From: Clostridia bacterium
Lineage (GTDB): Bacteria > Bacillota > Clostridia > Peptostreptococcales > Acidaminobacteraceae
Length of the DNA stretch: 32,000 nucleotides
Direction of reading: 5' to 3'
Assembly (NCBI GenBank): GCA_016938815.1
Contig: JAFGTX010000296.1
Location: 1 to 32,000, forward strand
Of the stretch, positions 24,688 through 32,000 are shown piece after piece. The notes below the pieces were generated by a model. It was given only the letters and a program-made list of their open reading frames with translations, was not told where the DNA came from and did no database searches. The position numbers and the translations under genes were made by a program. Each line of letters opens with the position of its first letter. The stretch's first letter is position 1.

Positions 24688-26493
24688 ATGAGAAAGAAAC
24701 TGCTATGTTCTTTCAGTGTCCTTGTATTGCTCTTCAACCTCTTGATACCTGCCTATGCGGATGGTGTACTGGCAAGTGGGGCGCCTGTTTCTGCACCAAC
24801 GATCAAAATACTGACACCTGAGGTCCAGGCTTGGGAAATGATCGAATTCAGCGTATCCAATGCGCCTATGACAGATAAGACTTGGGTAGGTTTATTTGAA
24901 TTCAAAGATCCAGCTTATGGACAGGAGTATTATTGGTCCAGCGGATATGAATCGAAAATCATGATCAAGAATCTCGGCAATACGCCGTATTTCGACACGC
25001 CGCGCAATGCCAATGAGACGCGATACGTCATCGCACTTATTGAGGGCTATGGGTATGATCTCACACCACTGGTTGTGAGTGAACCGATTCTGGTTCATGA
25101 ACGTTTCTATGGTCCGAACGCCTTTATTCCAGAAGAGCGTGAAGCTGCGCGTCAGTTTGAAACGCTTCTGAATAGAGACAAGAGCAACGGGACTTATGAC
25201 ATCAAAACCCAAATGAATAACGATTTTTTTAATCCTAATATTACAGATGATGAAATCGCTCGTTATCAGGCGTTTTTAAACAGCAATACGATCCATGAGT
25301 ATTTCTCAAAGAATATTCAGGATGCAGAGGGCAAATGGCAGTCCATCGGTCCATCACCGGAGTGGTACAGCTACGGCGACGAATATGAGTCAAACACAGA
25401 GGATTCATTTGATAGCCTTGGGGTTGATACTTATGAATCTGAGATTCCGGTGGTTATTATGAGCAATGTTAACGATGCATCTGCTTCAGGGAATCCTAGC
25501 GTCAAAACTGAATTTACGCTGAGTGTGCCACACAAAGTCACCTGTATAGAACTCAGGTATAGTCCCGTTACAGGCTATATGGCAGAATGGATTTCCCTTG
25601 TTGATTCAAATGGAAAAACTTATGGTCCATGGGAAGCTTTTTTGGATCTACCTTATGAAGATGAGGCCTTTTCACTTTGCTACGCAGATTTGCAAGCCGA
25701 TTTGCCTGCCGGAACCTACCACGTTCAGGTGACCCAGCCTTCAAAATGGTTGAGCAATGCTGAATCGGGAAATGCTGGAATGGCATTTATTGAAGGCACG
25801 ATGTCTGTCCCTTCATATGACACAAGCCAAACCTTTACACCACCTACGTATATTTATGAAAGAAGCAACAGTGAACCAGCTACGGGAAATCCTACAACTT
25901 CTACATTGATGGTTTTGAAACAGTCTTATATTATGACGGAAATTGAACTGCGCTACATGCCTGTGTCCGTTGTGACACAAGGATCTGTTTGGCTTGTTGA
26001 TTCAAAGGATCAAAAGTACGGTCCATGGCAGGGTAGTGTAGCCTTGCCATTTGAGACAGAAACTTTTTCTAGGTTTAAAATAAAAATGAATCAGTTCTTG
26101 CCCGCCGGTGCTTACCGCATTGAGGCAGACACGCCTTCAAAATGGTTGAATAACCAGATGTCGGACTACAAAGGCATGGCAGACGTTCTTGGTTTCCTTT
26201 ATGAAGATGCAACGCAACCTGAATCAGAGCTACTCACCACTGGACAATTTTATGGCATGACGTATACGGCTGAGGGTGATGCTCTTCCTAATGTCTTGGT
26301 TCAGTGCTATCAGAATGGTCATCTTGTTATGGCAATGAATTCTATGGAAAGATATTTCTATGCATTTGAACTGCCTGTTGGCGTTTATGATGTTGAATTC
26401 AGTAAAGCTGGCTATATTACTGAGACTCATCGTGGTGTAGAGCTTCATACAGATGAGTCTGTGCTACTCCAACCAAAACTGAAAAAGCAATAA
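24688..26493 (+). CDS. Secreted protein of unknown function with two internal ~105-aa repeats and a C-terminal carboxypeptidase-regulatory-like (CarboxypepD_reg) beta-sandwich
   Basis: Signal peptide MRKKLLCSFSVLVLLFNLLIPAYA|DG. Internal repeats as described in the next feature. C-terminal GDALPNVLVQCY...VGVYDVEFSKAGYITE. I prefer the ATG at 24688 over the GTG at 24670. Confidence 0.7.
   Translation: MRKKLLCSFSVLVLLFNLLIPAYADGVLASGAPVSAPTIKILTPEVQAWEMIEFSVSNAPMTDKTWVGLFEFKDPAYGQEYYWSSGYESKIMIKNLGNTPYFDTPRNANETRYVIALIEGYGYDLTPLVVSEPILVHERFYGPNAFIPEEREAARQFETLLNRDKSNGTYDIKTQMNNDFFNPNITDDEIARYQAFLNSNTIHEYFSKNIQDAEGKWQSIGPSPEWYSYGDEYESNTEDSFDSLGVDTYESEIPVVIMSNVNDASASGNPSVKTEFTLSVPHKVTCIELRYSPVTGYMAEWISLVDSNGKTYGPWEAFLDLPYEDEAFSLCYADLQADLPAGTYHVQVTQPSKWLSNAESGNAGMAFIEGTMSVPSYDTSQTFTPPTYIYERSNSEPATGNPTTSTLMVLKQSYIMTEIELRYMPVSVVTQGSVWLVDSKDQKYGPWQGSVALPFETETFSRFKIKMNQFLPAGAYRIEADTPSKWLNNQMSDYKGMADVLGFLYEDATQPESELLTTGQFYGMTYTAEGDALPNVLVQCYQNGHLVMAMNSMERYFYAFELPVGVYDVEFSKAGYITETHRGVELHTDESVLLQPKLKKQ
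25489..26195 (+). repeat. Tandem intragenic protein-level repeat (two copies, about 25489-25800 and 25885-26195)
   Basis: Shared pattern GNP(S/T)...T.IELRY.PV...W(I/L)..VDS....YGPW......P.E.E.FS....LPAG.Y......PSKWL.N..S...GMA. The copies are diverged at the DNA level. Confidence 0.7.
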
Positions 26494-26522
26494 AAACGGT
26501 TAATGCTATATTTTACGAAATC

Positions 26523-26560
26523 AGAAATACCCTGCAGGGCTCAATCTGCAGGGTATTTCT
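26523..26560. other. Perfect 15-bp inverted repeat hairpin without U-tract
   Basis: AGAAATACCCTGCAG (26523-26537), loop GGCTCAAT, then CTGCAGGGTATTTCT (26546-26560). It may act as the terminator of the secreted-protein gene, but it lacks a canonical T-run. Confidence 0.5.
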
Positions 26561-26623
26561 AATGTGCTAAGGGTAGGCGATTTGGGTATATAATATTCTA
26601 ATTGAAAAAAATGATTTTTTTTG

Positions 26624-26650
26624 GGAACTTTTTTAACAACAGGTCGTCTA
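26624..26650 (+). promoter_or_regulatory. ECF-type (autoregulatory) promoter
   Basis: GGAAC (26624-26628), a 16-nt spacer, then CGTCTAA (26645-26651). This is the classic GGAAC-N16-CGTC architecture, located upstream of an ECF sigma gene. Confidence 0.6.
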
Positions 26651-26700
26651 ATTGGTATGGATCACCAATCCAACATCTTTTCATGAAAGGAGTGAAAAAG

Positions 26701-27291
26701 TTGTCTGACAATGAAGCTTTGTTGCTCGAAAGAATAAAAAAAGGCGATATCACCAGTTTTGAACTGTTGATAGCCGATTATCAAGTTTACGCTTACAACA
26801 TTGCCTACCGCATGCTTGGCAATGAAGAAGATGCAAAAGACATCACGCAGGAAGCCTTGATCAAAGTGTACAAATCCATCAATAAGTTCAAGGGTACATC
26901 CAGTTTCTCGACATGGCTCTACCGCATTGTGATGAATACGTGCAAGGATGAGTTGAAGAAACGGAAAGAAGTGATGATTTCCCTTGATAAGGAAATAGAA
27001 ACGGGAGAGGGGACGATGGCAATGGAAATCGGAGACGAGCGGTTGAATCCTTCCAAAATCGTTGAAAAAAATGAAATCACCCATATGGTGCAGGATGCCA
27101 TTAGTCGATTGCCGGAGGATAACCGAATGGTCGTTGTGCTGAGAGATATTCAGGGGCTATCCTATGAAGAAATCAGCGAGGTCATCAAAGAACCGATTGG
27201 AACGGTCAAATCGCGGATCAACCGGGGCCGGAACATGTTAAAGAAAATATTGACGGAACAGAAACACTGGATTCTTTCCGAACCATATTAA
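26701..27291 (+). CDS. ECF-subfamily RNA polymerase sigma-70 factor
   Basis: Sigma-2 region (AYNIAYRMLGNEEDAKDITQEALIKVY, FSTWLYRIVMN) and sigma-4 region (LPEDNRMVVVLRDIQGLSYEEISEVIKEPIGTVKSRINRGR). I prefer the TTG at 26701 (AAAGGAGTGaaaaagTTG); the ATG at 26683 is an alternative. The track start at 26602 lies upstream of the ECF promoter. Confidence 0.85.
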   Translation: MSDNEALLLERIKKGDITSFELLIADYQVYAYNIAYRMLGNEEDAKDITQEALIKVYKSINKFKGTSSFSTWLYRIVMNTCKDELKKRKEVMISLDKEIETGEGTMAMEIGDERLNPSKIVEKNEITHMVQDAISRLPEDNRMVVVLRDIQGLSYEEISEVIKEPIGTVKSRINRGRNMLKKILTEQKHWILSEPY

Positions 27292-27310
27292 ATGAAAGGA
27301 GGATTGAAAG

Positions 27311-28657
27311 ATGAATTGTGAACGCTATGAAGAATTAATACATTTATATGTTGACCATAGATTGAATAAAAAGGAAACAGATGAATTGCTTTCTCATATG
27401 GCTACTTGTAAGCACTGTCAGGAGACTTACGAAGAGATAAGTGCCTTGAAGGAATTGTTAGGTGGGATGCAGATGAAAGAATTACCAAAAGGGTTCAAGG
27501 AAGATTTACGTATGAAATTAGTAGAAACTTCTCTCGAGTCCGAAGGTACATGGTTTGAAAAATTCAAAAACGGCGCATGGCGAGCGCCAAAAATGAAAAT
27601 GGCCGTTTCCATCGGTGCGGTGGCTATTGCAGCGATTCTTGTTCTAGGTAACAACGGTTTGGTGCCTAGCATGAATCAATTAAAACAGACCGATTACGAA
27701 ATGGCTTATGATGAAGCGATGGAAGAAACGGCAGATTTTGCCCTCGCTGAACCTATGATGGCGACGGAAAGTATGGCTATGAACGAGTCGGTTGCAGAGA
27801 TGCCACCGGAAGGCGCAGCACTGAAAGCTGTACGTAGTGCCGGTGGTGAAATGGCCACATATGGCGTGGCATCAGTGGAAACAGCAGATGTTGAAGCTTC
27901 AATGGACGACGGTGGCGGTGGCGCGGAGGTAACACAGCAATCAGAAGCAGATTTTACTGGCCGCTTGATTATCAAAACAGCCAACGTCAGTATGGATGTC
28001 GTAAGTTATGACGAAACCAGTGCAACCATTTCCAGAATGGTAGAAGAGATGGGTGGCTATATCAGTGATACCTCATCCTACTACTATCTGTATGATCGAT
28101 ATGATGATACGAAAAACAAGAAAAGCGGCTATATGAGTTTAAGAATCCCATATCAATTCTTTGATCAGTTTGTGAACCAAATGGGTGACTTAGGCGACGT
28201 AACCAACTTTTCAAGTAGTGCTAGCGATATTACAAAAGAATATAGAGATACCACGGCAGAAATGAAAAACCTTGAAGTTAGAGAGGAAAAGCTTAGAGAA
28301 ATCATGGGCAGGGCAGAGGCTATTGAGGATGTCATCGAAGTCGAGCGCGAACTCAGCCGAGTCAGAGGTGAAATCAACTATTACCAAAGCATGTTGACCA
28401 ATTGGGAAGATCTCGTACAGCTTTCTACAGTGACTATCAACATGACAGAAGTAGAAGAGTTGAAAGAACGTGTTCAGCCAGTGGACAAAGATATGTTCAC
28501 CAAGGCGAAAGAAGGTTTCATCTATACGATTAATCGTATGGTGGATTCAGCAGAATTGTTTATCATCTGGTTGATTGCGGCCTTGCCGGTACTCATTCCA
28601 GTAGTTGTTATAGGCGGTATCGTATTAAGAAAAATAATTAAGAGGTGGAAAAAATGA
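27311..28657 (+). CDS. Zinc-binding (ZAS-type) anti-sigma factor fused to a transmembrane helix and an extracytoplasmic DUF4349-like domain
   Basis: N-terminal Cys3 plus HMATCKHC (HxxxCxxC), TM helix AVSIGAVAIAAILVL, an Ala/Met/Glu-rich linker, a DUF4349-like region (IIKTANVSMDVVSYDETSATISRMVEEMGGYIS... with a coiled coil), and a C-terminal TM helix. Immediately downstream of the ECF sigma gene. Confidence 0.8.
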   Translation: MNCERYEELIHLYVDHRLNKKETDELLSHMATCKHCQETYEEISALKELLGGMQMKELPKGFKEDLRMKLVETSLESEGTWFEKFKNGAWRAPKMKMAVSIGAVAIAAILVLGNNGLVPSMNQLKQTDYEMAYDEAMEETADFALAEPMMATESMAMNESVAEMPPEGAALKAVRSAGGEMATYGVASVETADVEASMDDGGGGAEVTQQSEADFTGRLIIKTANVSMDVVSYDETSATISRMVEEMGGYISDTSSYYYLYDRYDDTKNKKSGYMSLRIPYQFFDQFVNQMGDLGDVTNFSSSASDITKEYRDTTAEMKNLEVREEKLREIMGRAEAIEDVIEVERELSRVRGEINYYQSMLTNWEDLVQLSTVTINMTEVEELKERVQPVDKDMFTKAKEGFIYTINRMVDSAELFIIWLIAALPVLIPVVVIGGIVLRKIIKRWKK

Positions 28658-29382
28658 AAAAATTTATAGTAGGTATTTGTGTATTAACCATGTTGGGATT
28701 AACATTTTTTACAGGTGGCAACGTGTTGCCGACCCAGTCATTTGCAGATGACGTTGCAACAGAGATGAGACTGGTAACGGTTCAAGGTGTGGGTGAAATT
28801 ACGGTGAAGCCGGATATGGCAACCATCAATATCGGCGTAGAAACTCAAGATAAGGATGCAGCCTTTGCACAAAAGGAAAACGCGCGTATTATGGATCAAG
28901 TCAGCAAGGCGATCAAAGCCCTTGGTATCACAGAGGACGAATTGCAAACTTCCCAGTACAACATTTACAAAAGCAGAAACTACGGCGATGAAAAACAAGA
29001 AGAATACTATGTGGTATCCAATACACTGACGGTGACTGTAAACAATATAGAACAAGTAGGCGATGTGATTGACGCGTCTTCTAACGCTGGTGCCAATAAA
29101 ATCAACAGCATCGACTTTGGCGTAAAAGACGAATCAAAATATTACCAAGAAGCACTTAAAAATGCCATGAACAGCGCAAAAGGCAAAGCCACAACGATTA
29201 TGGCAACCTTTGGCAAAAAGCCGGGAGCACCTTACAGTGTGGTAGAATCAGGTTATTACGGTGGCGTCGTGAGAGCTAACTACGCCATGGATATGGTTTC
29301 TGAAAAATCGGCGATCTCGACACCGATTGAAGCGGGTGACTTGACGATTACAGCTAACATTTCAGTACAGTACGATTACTAA
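28654..29382 (+). CDS. SIMPL/DUF541-domain secreted protein
   Basis: Signal peptide, then VQGVGEITVKPDMATINIGVET...YNIYKS...NKINSIDFGV...AGDLTITANISVQYD, typical of the SIMPL (26-kDa periplasmic antigen) family. The ATG at 28654 overlaps the anti-sigma stop codon (ATGA). Confidence 0.8.
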   Translation: MKKFIVGICVLTMLGLTFFTGGNVLPTQSFADDVATEMRLVTVQGVGEITVKPDMATINIGVETQDKDAAFAQKENARIMDQVSKAIKALGITEDELQTSQYNIYKSRNYGDEKQEEYYVVSNTLTVTVNNIEQVGDVIDASSNAGANKINSIDFGVKDESKYYQEALKNAMNSAKGKATTIMATFGKKPGAPYSVVESGYYGGVVRANYAMDMVSEKSAISTPIEAGDLTITANISVQYDY

Positions 29383-29400
29383 ATTTCATAAGTTATTTGA

Positions 29401-29433
29401 AGGGCCGAAGTGAATCTTTGGCCCTTTTTTTAT
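29401..29433 (+). terminator. Intrinsic terminator after the SIMPL gene
   Basis: AAGGGCCGAAG (29401-29411) pairs with CTTTGGCCCTT (29417-29427) with one G-U pair, followed by a T-run. Confidence 0.75.
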
Positions 29434-29505
29434 TAGTTTTGCGTATTTATAATCGCAAATCTGATAAAATGATAGTATCTGTGAAAAGCGTAAGGAGCGA
29501 TACTA

Positions 29506-32000
29506 ATGAAAGAAAAAATCATAATTATAGATGGAAACAGTTTGGTGAATCGGGCGTTTTATGCGATGCCTGCTTCACTTAAAGCGTTGGATGGCACACC
29601 TATTAACGGGGTGTTCGGTTTTCTCAGGATGCTGAACAAAGTCATTAACGACTATAAGCCGACTTATATCAGCGTTGCTTTTGATATGAAGGGACCTACC
29701 TTTAGACATAAGCAGTACGATGATTACAAAGGGACACGTGCAGGCATGCCGGATGACTTGGCAGTTCAAATGCCGATTTTGAAGGAAATGCTGGATTTGT
29801 TACAAATCCACAGAATGGAGTTGCAAGGCTACGAAGCGGACGACCTCATCGGCACGGTAGCGAAAAACTGTTCAGCCAACGGTATCGAAGTTGTCATCAT
29901 CACGGGTGATAAGGATGCTCTACAGTTGGTGGATGATAACATCAGCGTCCACATCACTAAAAAGGGTATCAGTGAAATTGTGCCTTATACAGACGATTTG
30001 GTCTTCGAAGAGTTTGGTATATCGCCACATCAGATCATCGACTTCAAGGGTCTTAGCGGTGACACATCGGACAACATTCCAGGTATCCCGAAGGTTGGAC
30101 CTAAGACGGCGACCAAGCTTTTGCAACAGCTGAAAACGGTAGAAGATGTCATCGAACGCAGCGATGAAATCGATAACAAACGCCTTAGAGGCTTAGTGGA
30201 AGAATATGCAGAGCAGGCGATTTTAAGCAAGCAGTTGGCGACGATTATGATCGACGTACCGGTGGAAATCAATATGGAAGCCATGAAACTAGGAGCGCCG
30301 GACCCGGTAGCCCTTGAAGAAGGCTTTATGCGTTATAATTTCAAGAATCTCATCAACGACTTCATGCCAAAGGAAGCGGATGGTACGGTTACCATTGCAG
30401 GCGAGGCAGTCGATGCGGATTTTGAAATGAAGACGGCGACTGCCTTGTCTGACATAGACGACTTGTACAAGCTGTGCGCGGATACAGGCAAGGTGGTTTA
30501 TCACTTGCTCTACGATAAGGATAATGTGCGCCGTATGGAACCTCTCTATGGATTTTTCACATGTTGTGGCAAGAAGGGCCTTGCTGTACCTTTTCGTGAA
30601 ATTGAAGGCGGTTTGCAGGCACTTAAGGCCCTTTTTGAAGATGAATTCATCAAGAAAGACGGCTATGAGACTAAGCGCGATTACATCGTCTTGAGAAATG
30701 CAGGGATTGCTCTCAACGGCCTTGAGTTTGACGGTTACATCGCTTCATATCTGGTACATCCGGATTGGAAGAACTATTCGGTGGCGGATGCCGTCGCAGA
30801 ATATTTCAACAAGCGTATTTTGACCAGAGAAGACCTTCTCGGCAAAGGTGTCAAAGAGAAGCGTTTCGATGAAACCGATAGAGGAGCAGTATTGGCATAT
30901 GGCAAGACCCATATCAAATCGATCTACGATATGACTGAAATTCTAGTGAAGCGCTTGGCGGAAGAGGGTCTTGAAAAACTTTACAAGGAAATAGAAATGC
31001 CGCTGATCGAAGTGTTGGCGGATATTGAATATGATGGATTTAACGTGGATACGGCGGTTCTTGAAACCTTGGACAGTGAATTGGTTGAAAAAATCGATTC
31101 CTTAGAAAAGGAGATTTACCACTTTACGAAAGAGCCGTTCAACATCAAGTCACCCAAGCAGTTGGGCGTCGTTTTATTCGAGGAATTGGCACTACCAACG
31201 GATAAAAAGACCAAGACCGGTTATTCGACCAGTCATGATGTGTTACTTAAGCTGCGCAGCAAGCATCCGATTATTGATCTGATCATCGAATACCGTGCTT
31301 ATACCAAACTTAAGTCGACTTATATCGACGGACTTCTTGCGGTTATCAATCCGGATACAGGGAGAATCCACACCAGCTTGAATCAGACGGTAGCGGTTAC
31401 AGGACGCCTTAGTTCTACAGAACCCAACCTGCAAAATATTCCGATTCGTCTGCCGCTGGGAAGGGAAATCAGAAAGATTTTCGTTCCAAGTGAAGGCTGT
31501 CAGCTGGTGGATGCGGACTATTCCCAAATTGAGCTCAGAATTCTGGCGCATATGTCGGAAGATGAAAACTTGAAGCGTGCCTTCATCGAGAAAATCGACG
31601 TTCACGCCATGACGGCATCCCAAGTCTTCGATTTGCCACTGGAGCAAGTGACGTCCCTAGAAAGAAGCCGTGCGAAGGAAGTCAATTTCGGTATCGTGTA
31701 CGGTATGAGTGATTACGGTTTGTCAGAAAACCTCAATATCACTCGGGCGGAAGCGAAGAAGTACATCGAGCAGTATTTTGAAAAATACAGTAGCGTGAAG
31801 CGTTTTATGGATGATACCATCGAGCAGTGTCGTAAGGAAGGCTATGTGACGACGCTTTTCGATAGAAAGCGTAATATTCCTGAAATCAATCACAAGAATT
31901 TCAACTTGAGATCCTTTGCAGAAAGAACGGCAATGAACACGCCAATCCAAGGTACAGCAGCGGACATTATGAAGATTGCCATGATTAAGGTGCATCAAGA
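29506..32000 (+). CDS. polA: DNA polymerase I (5'-3' exonuclease plus inactive-looking 3'-5' exo plus polymerase domains); 3' partial
   Basis: My own frame-1 translation from the ATG at 29506 (AGGAG 8 nt upstream) is open to the window end. It reads MKEKIIIIDGNSLVNRAFYAMP..., GDKDALQL, GDTSDNIPGIPKVGPKTA (5' nuclease/H3TH), then DYSQIELRILAH, RSRAKEVNFGIVYGMS and QGTAADIMK (motifs A, B, C). It is not in the supplied ORF track because no stop codon lies in the window. Confidence 0.95.
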   Translation, partial: MKEKIIIIDGNSLVNRAFYAMPASLKALDGTPINGVFGFLRMLNKVINDYKPTYISVAFDMKGPTFRHKQYDDYKGTRAGMPDDLAVQMPILKEMLDLLQIHRMELQGYEADDLIGTVAKNCSANGIEVVIITGDKDALQLVDDNISVHITKKGISEIVPYTDDLVFEEFGISPHQIIDFKGLSGDTSDNIPGIPKVGPKTATKLLQQLKTVEDVIERSDEIDNKRLRGLVEEYAEQAILSKQLATIMIDVPVEINMEAMKLGAPDPVALEEGFMRYNFKNLINDFMPKEADGTVTIAGEAVDADFEMKTATALSDIDDLYKLCADTGKVVYHLLYDKDNVRRMEPLYGFFTCCGKKGLAVPFREIEGGLQALKALFEDEFIKKDGYETKRDYIVLRNAGIALNGLEFDGYIASYLVHPDWKNYSVADAVAEYFNKRILTREDLLGKGVKEKRFDETDRGAVLAYGKTHIKSIYDMTEILVKRLAEEGLEKLYKEIEMPLIEVLADIEYDGFNVDTAVLETLDSELVEKIDSLEKEIYHFTKEPFNIKSPKQLGVVLFEELALPTDKKTKTGYSTSHDVLLKLRSKHPIIDLIIEYRAYTKLKSTYIDGLLAVINPDTGRIHTSLNQTVAVTGRLSSTEPNLQNIPIRLPLGREIRKIFVPSEGCQLVDADYSQIELRILAHMSEDENLKRAFIEKIDVHAMTASQVFDLPLEQVTSLERSRAKEVNFGIVYGMSDYGLSENLNITRAEAKKYIEQYFEKYSSVKRFMDDTIEQCRKEGYVTTLFDRKRNIPEINHKNFNLRSFAERTAMNTPIQGTAADIMKIAMIKVHQ

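Noticed and set aside
26602-26700. N-terminal extension of the ECF sigma ORF (MKKMIFFGNFFNNRSSNWYG...)
   Set aside because: It contains the GGAAC-N16-CGTCTAA promoter and precedes the AAAGGAGTG RBS. ECF sigma factors have no such N-terminal extension.
29397-31998. Several 60-134-aa ORFs on both strands (29397-29582, 29575-29769, 29891-30133, 30030-30504, 31243-31647, 31723-31998)
   Set aside because: All overlap the continuous polA reading frame, either in other frames or antisense.
1-32000. Search for mobile elements, prophage remnants, CRISPR arrays, toxin-antitoxin pairs, and tRNA or rRNA genes
   Set aside because: I saw no transposase or integrase motifs, no spaced direct-repeat arrays, no tRNA-like cloverleaf regions in the intergenic gaps, and no compositional break by eye. 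This was not computed.

Overview
This is a chromosomal segment that is mostly housekeeping and regulatory. It probably comes from a low-GC Gram-positive anaerobe (Clostridia-like). That origin is inferred from strong GGAGG-type ribosome-binding sites, a T-box leader, a reverse rubrerythrin and a sigma-54 activator. I support 28 protein genes plus one 40-codon leader ORF. In order they are: reverse rubrerythrin (5' partial), ABM monooxygenase, DUF2284, nucleoside hydrolase, AraC/GyrI regulator, archaeal-type D-aminoacyl-tRNA deacylase homolog with a PAS-GGDEF cyclase, DEAD-box helicase, T-box-controlled MetRS-family ligase, RNA-methylase-like methyltransferase, serine hydrolase, DUF2164, TPR lipoprotein, solute-binding-domain histidine kinase with an NtrC-type sigma-54 activator, aroF-tyrA, YdjM-like hydrolase, OhrR with glutathione peroxidase, HlyD with two ABC-2 permeases and MarR, a secreted repeat protein, an ECF sigma / ZAS-DUF4349 anti-sigma / SIMPL module, and polA. 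polA is 3' partial and absent from the supplied ORF track because it runs off the window. I saw no rRNA, tRNA, CRISPR array, transposase, integrase, phage gene or recognisable defence module. The most interesting stretch is the 614-nt gap at 15959-16572, which holds two stacked regulatory modules. The first is a near-consensus sigma-54 promoter followed by a ~150-nt terminator-bounded structured RNA whose hairpin loops repeat UUCCCCGA. The second is a sigma-A promoter driving a 40-codon Tyr/Phe/Trp-rich leader ORF plus an intrinsic terminator just ahead of aroF-tyrA. A second point of interest is the T-box leader: its acceptor-pairing tetranucleotide (UGGC) does not fit tRNA-Met, and the MetRS-family gene it precedes has KASSS in place of KMSKS. 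All structures were folded by eye, and all family assignments rest on motif recognition without database searches.
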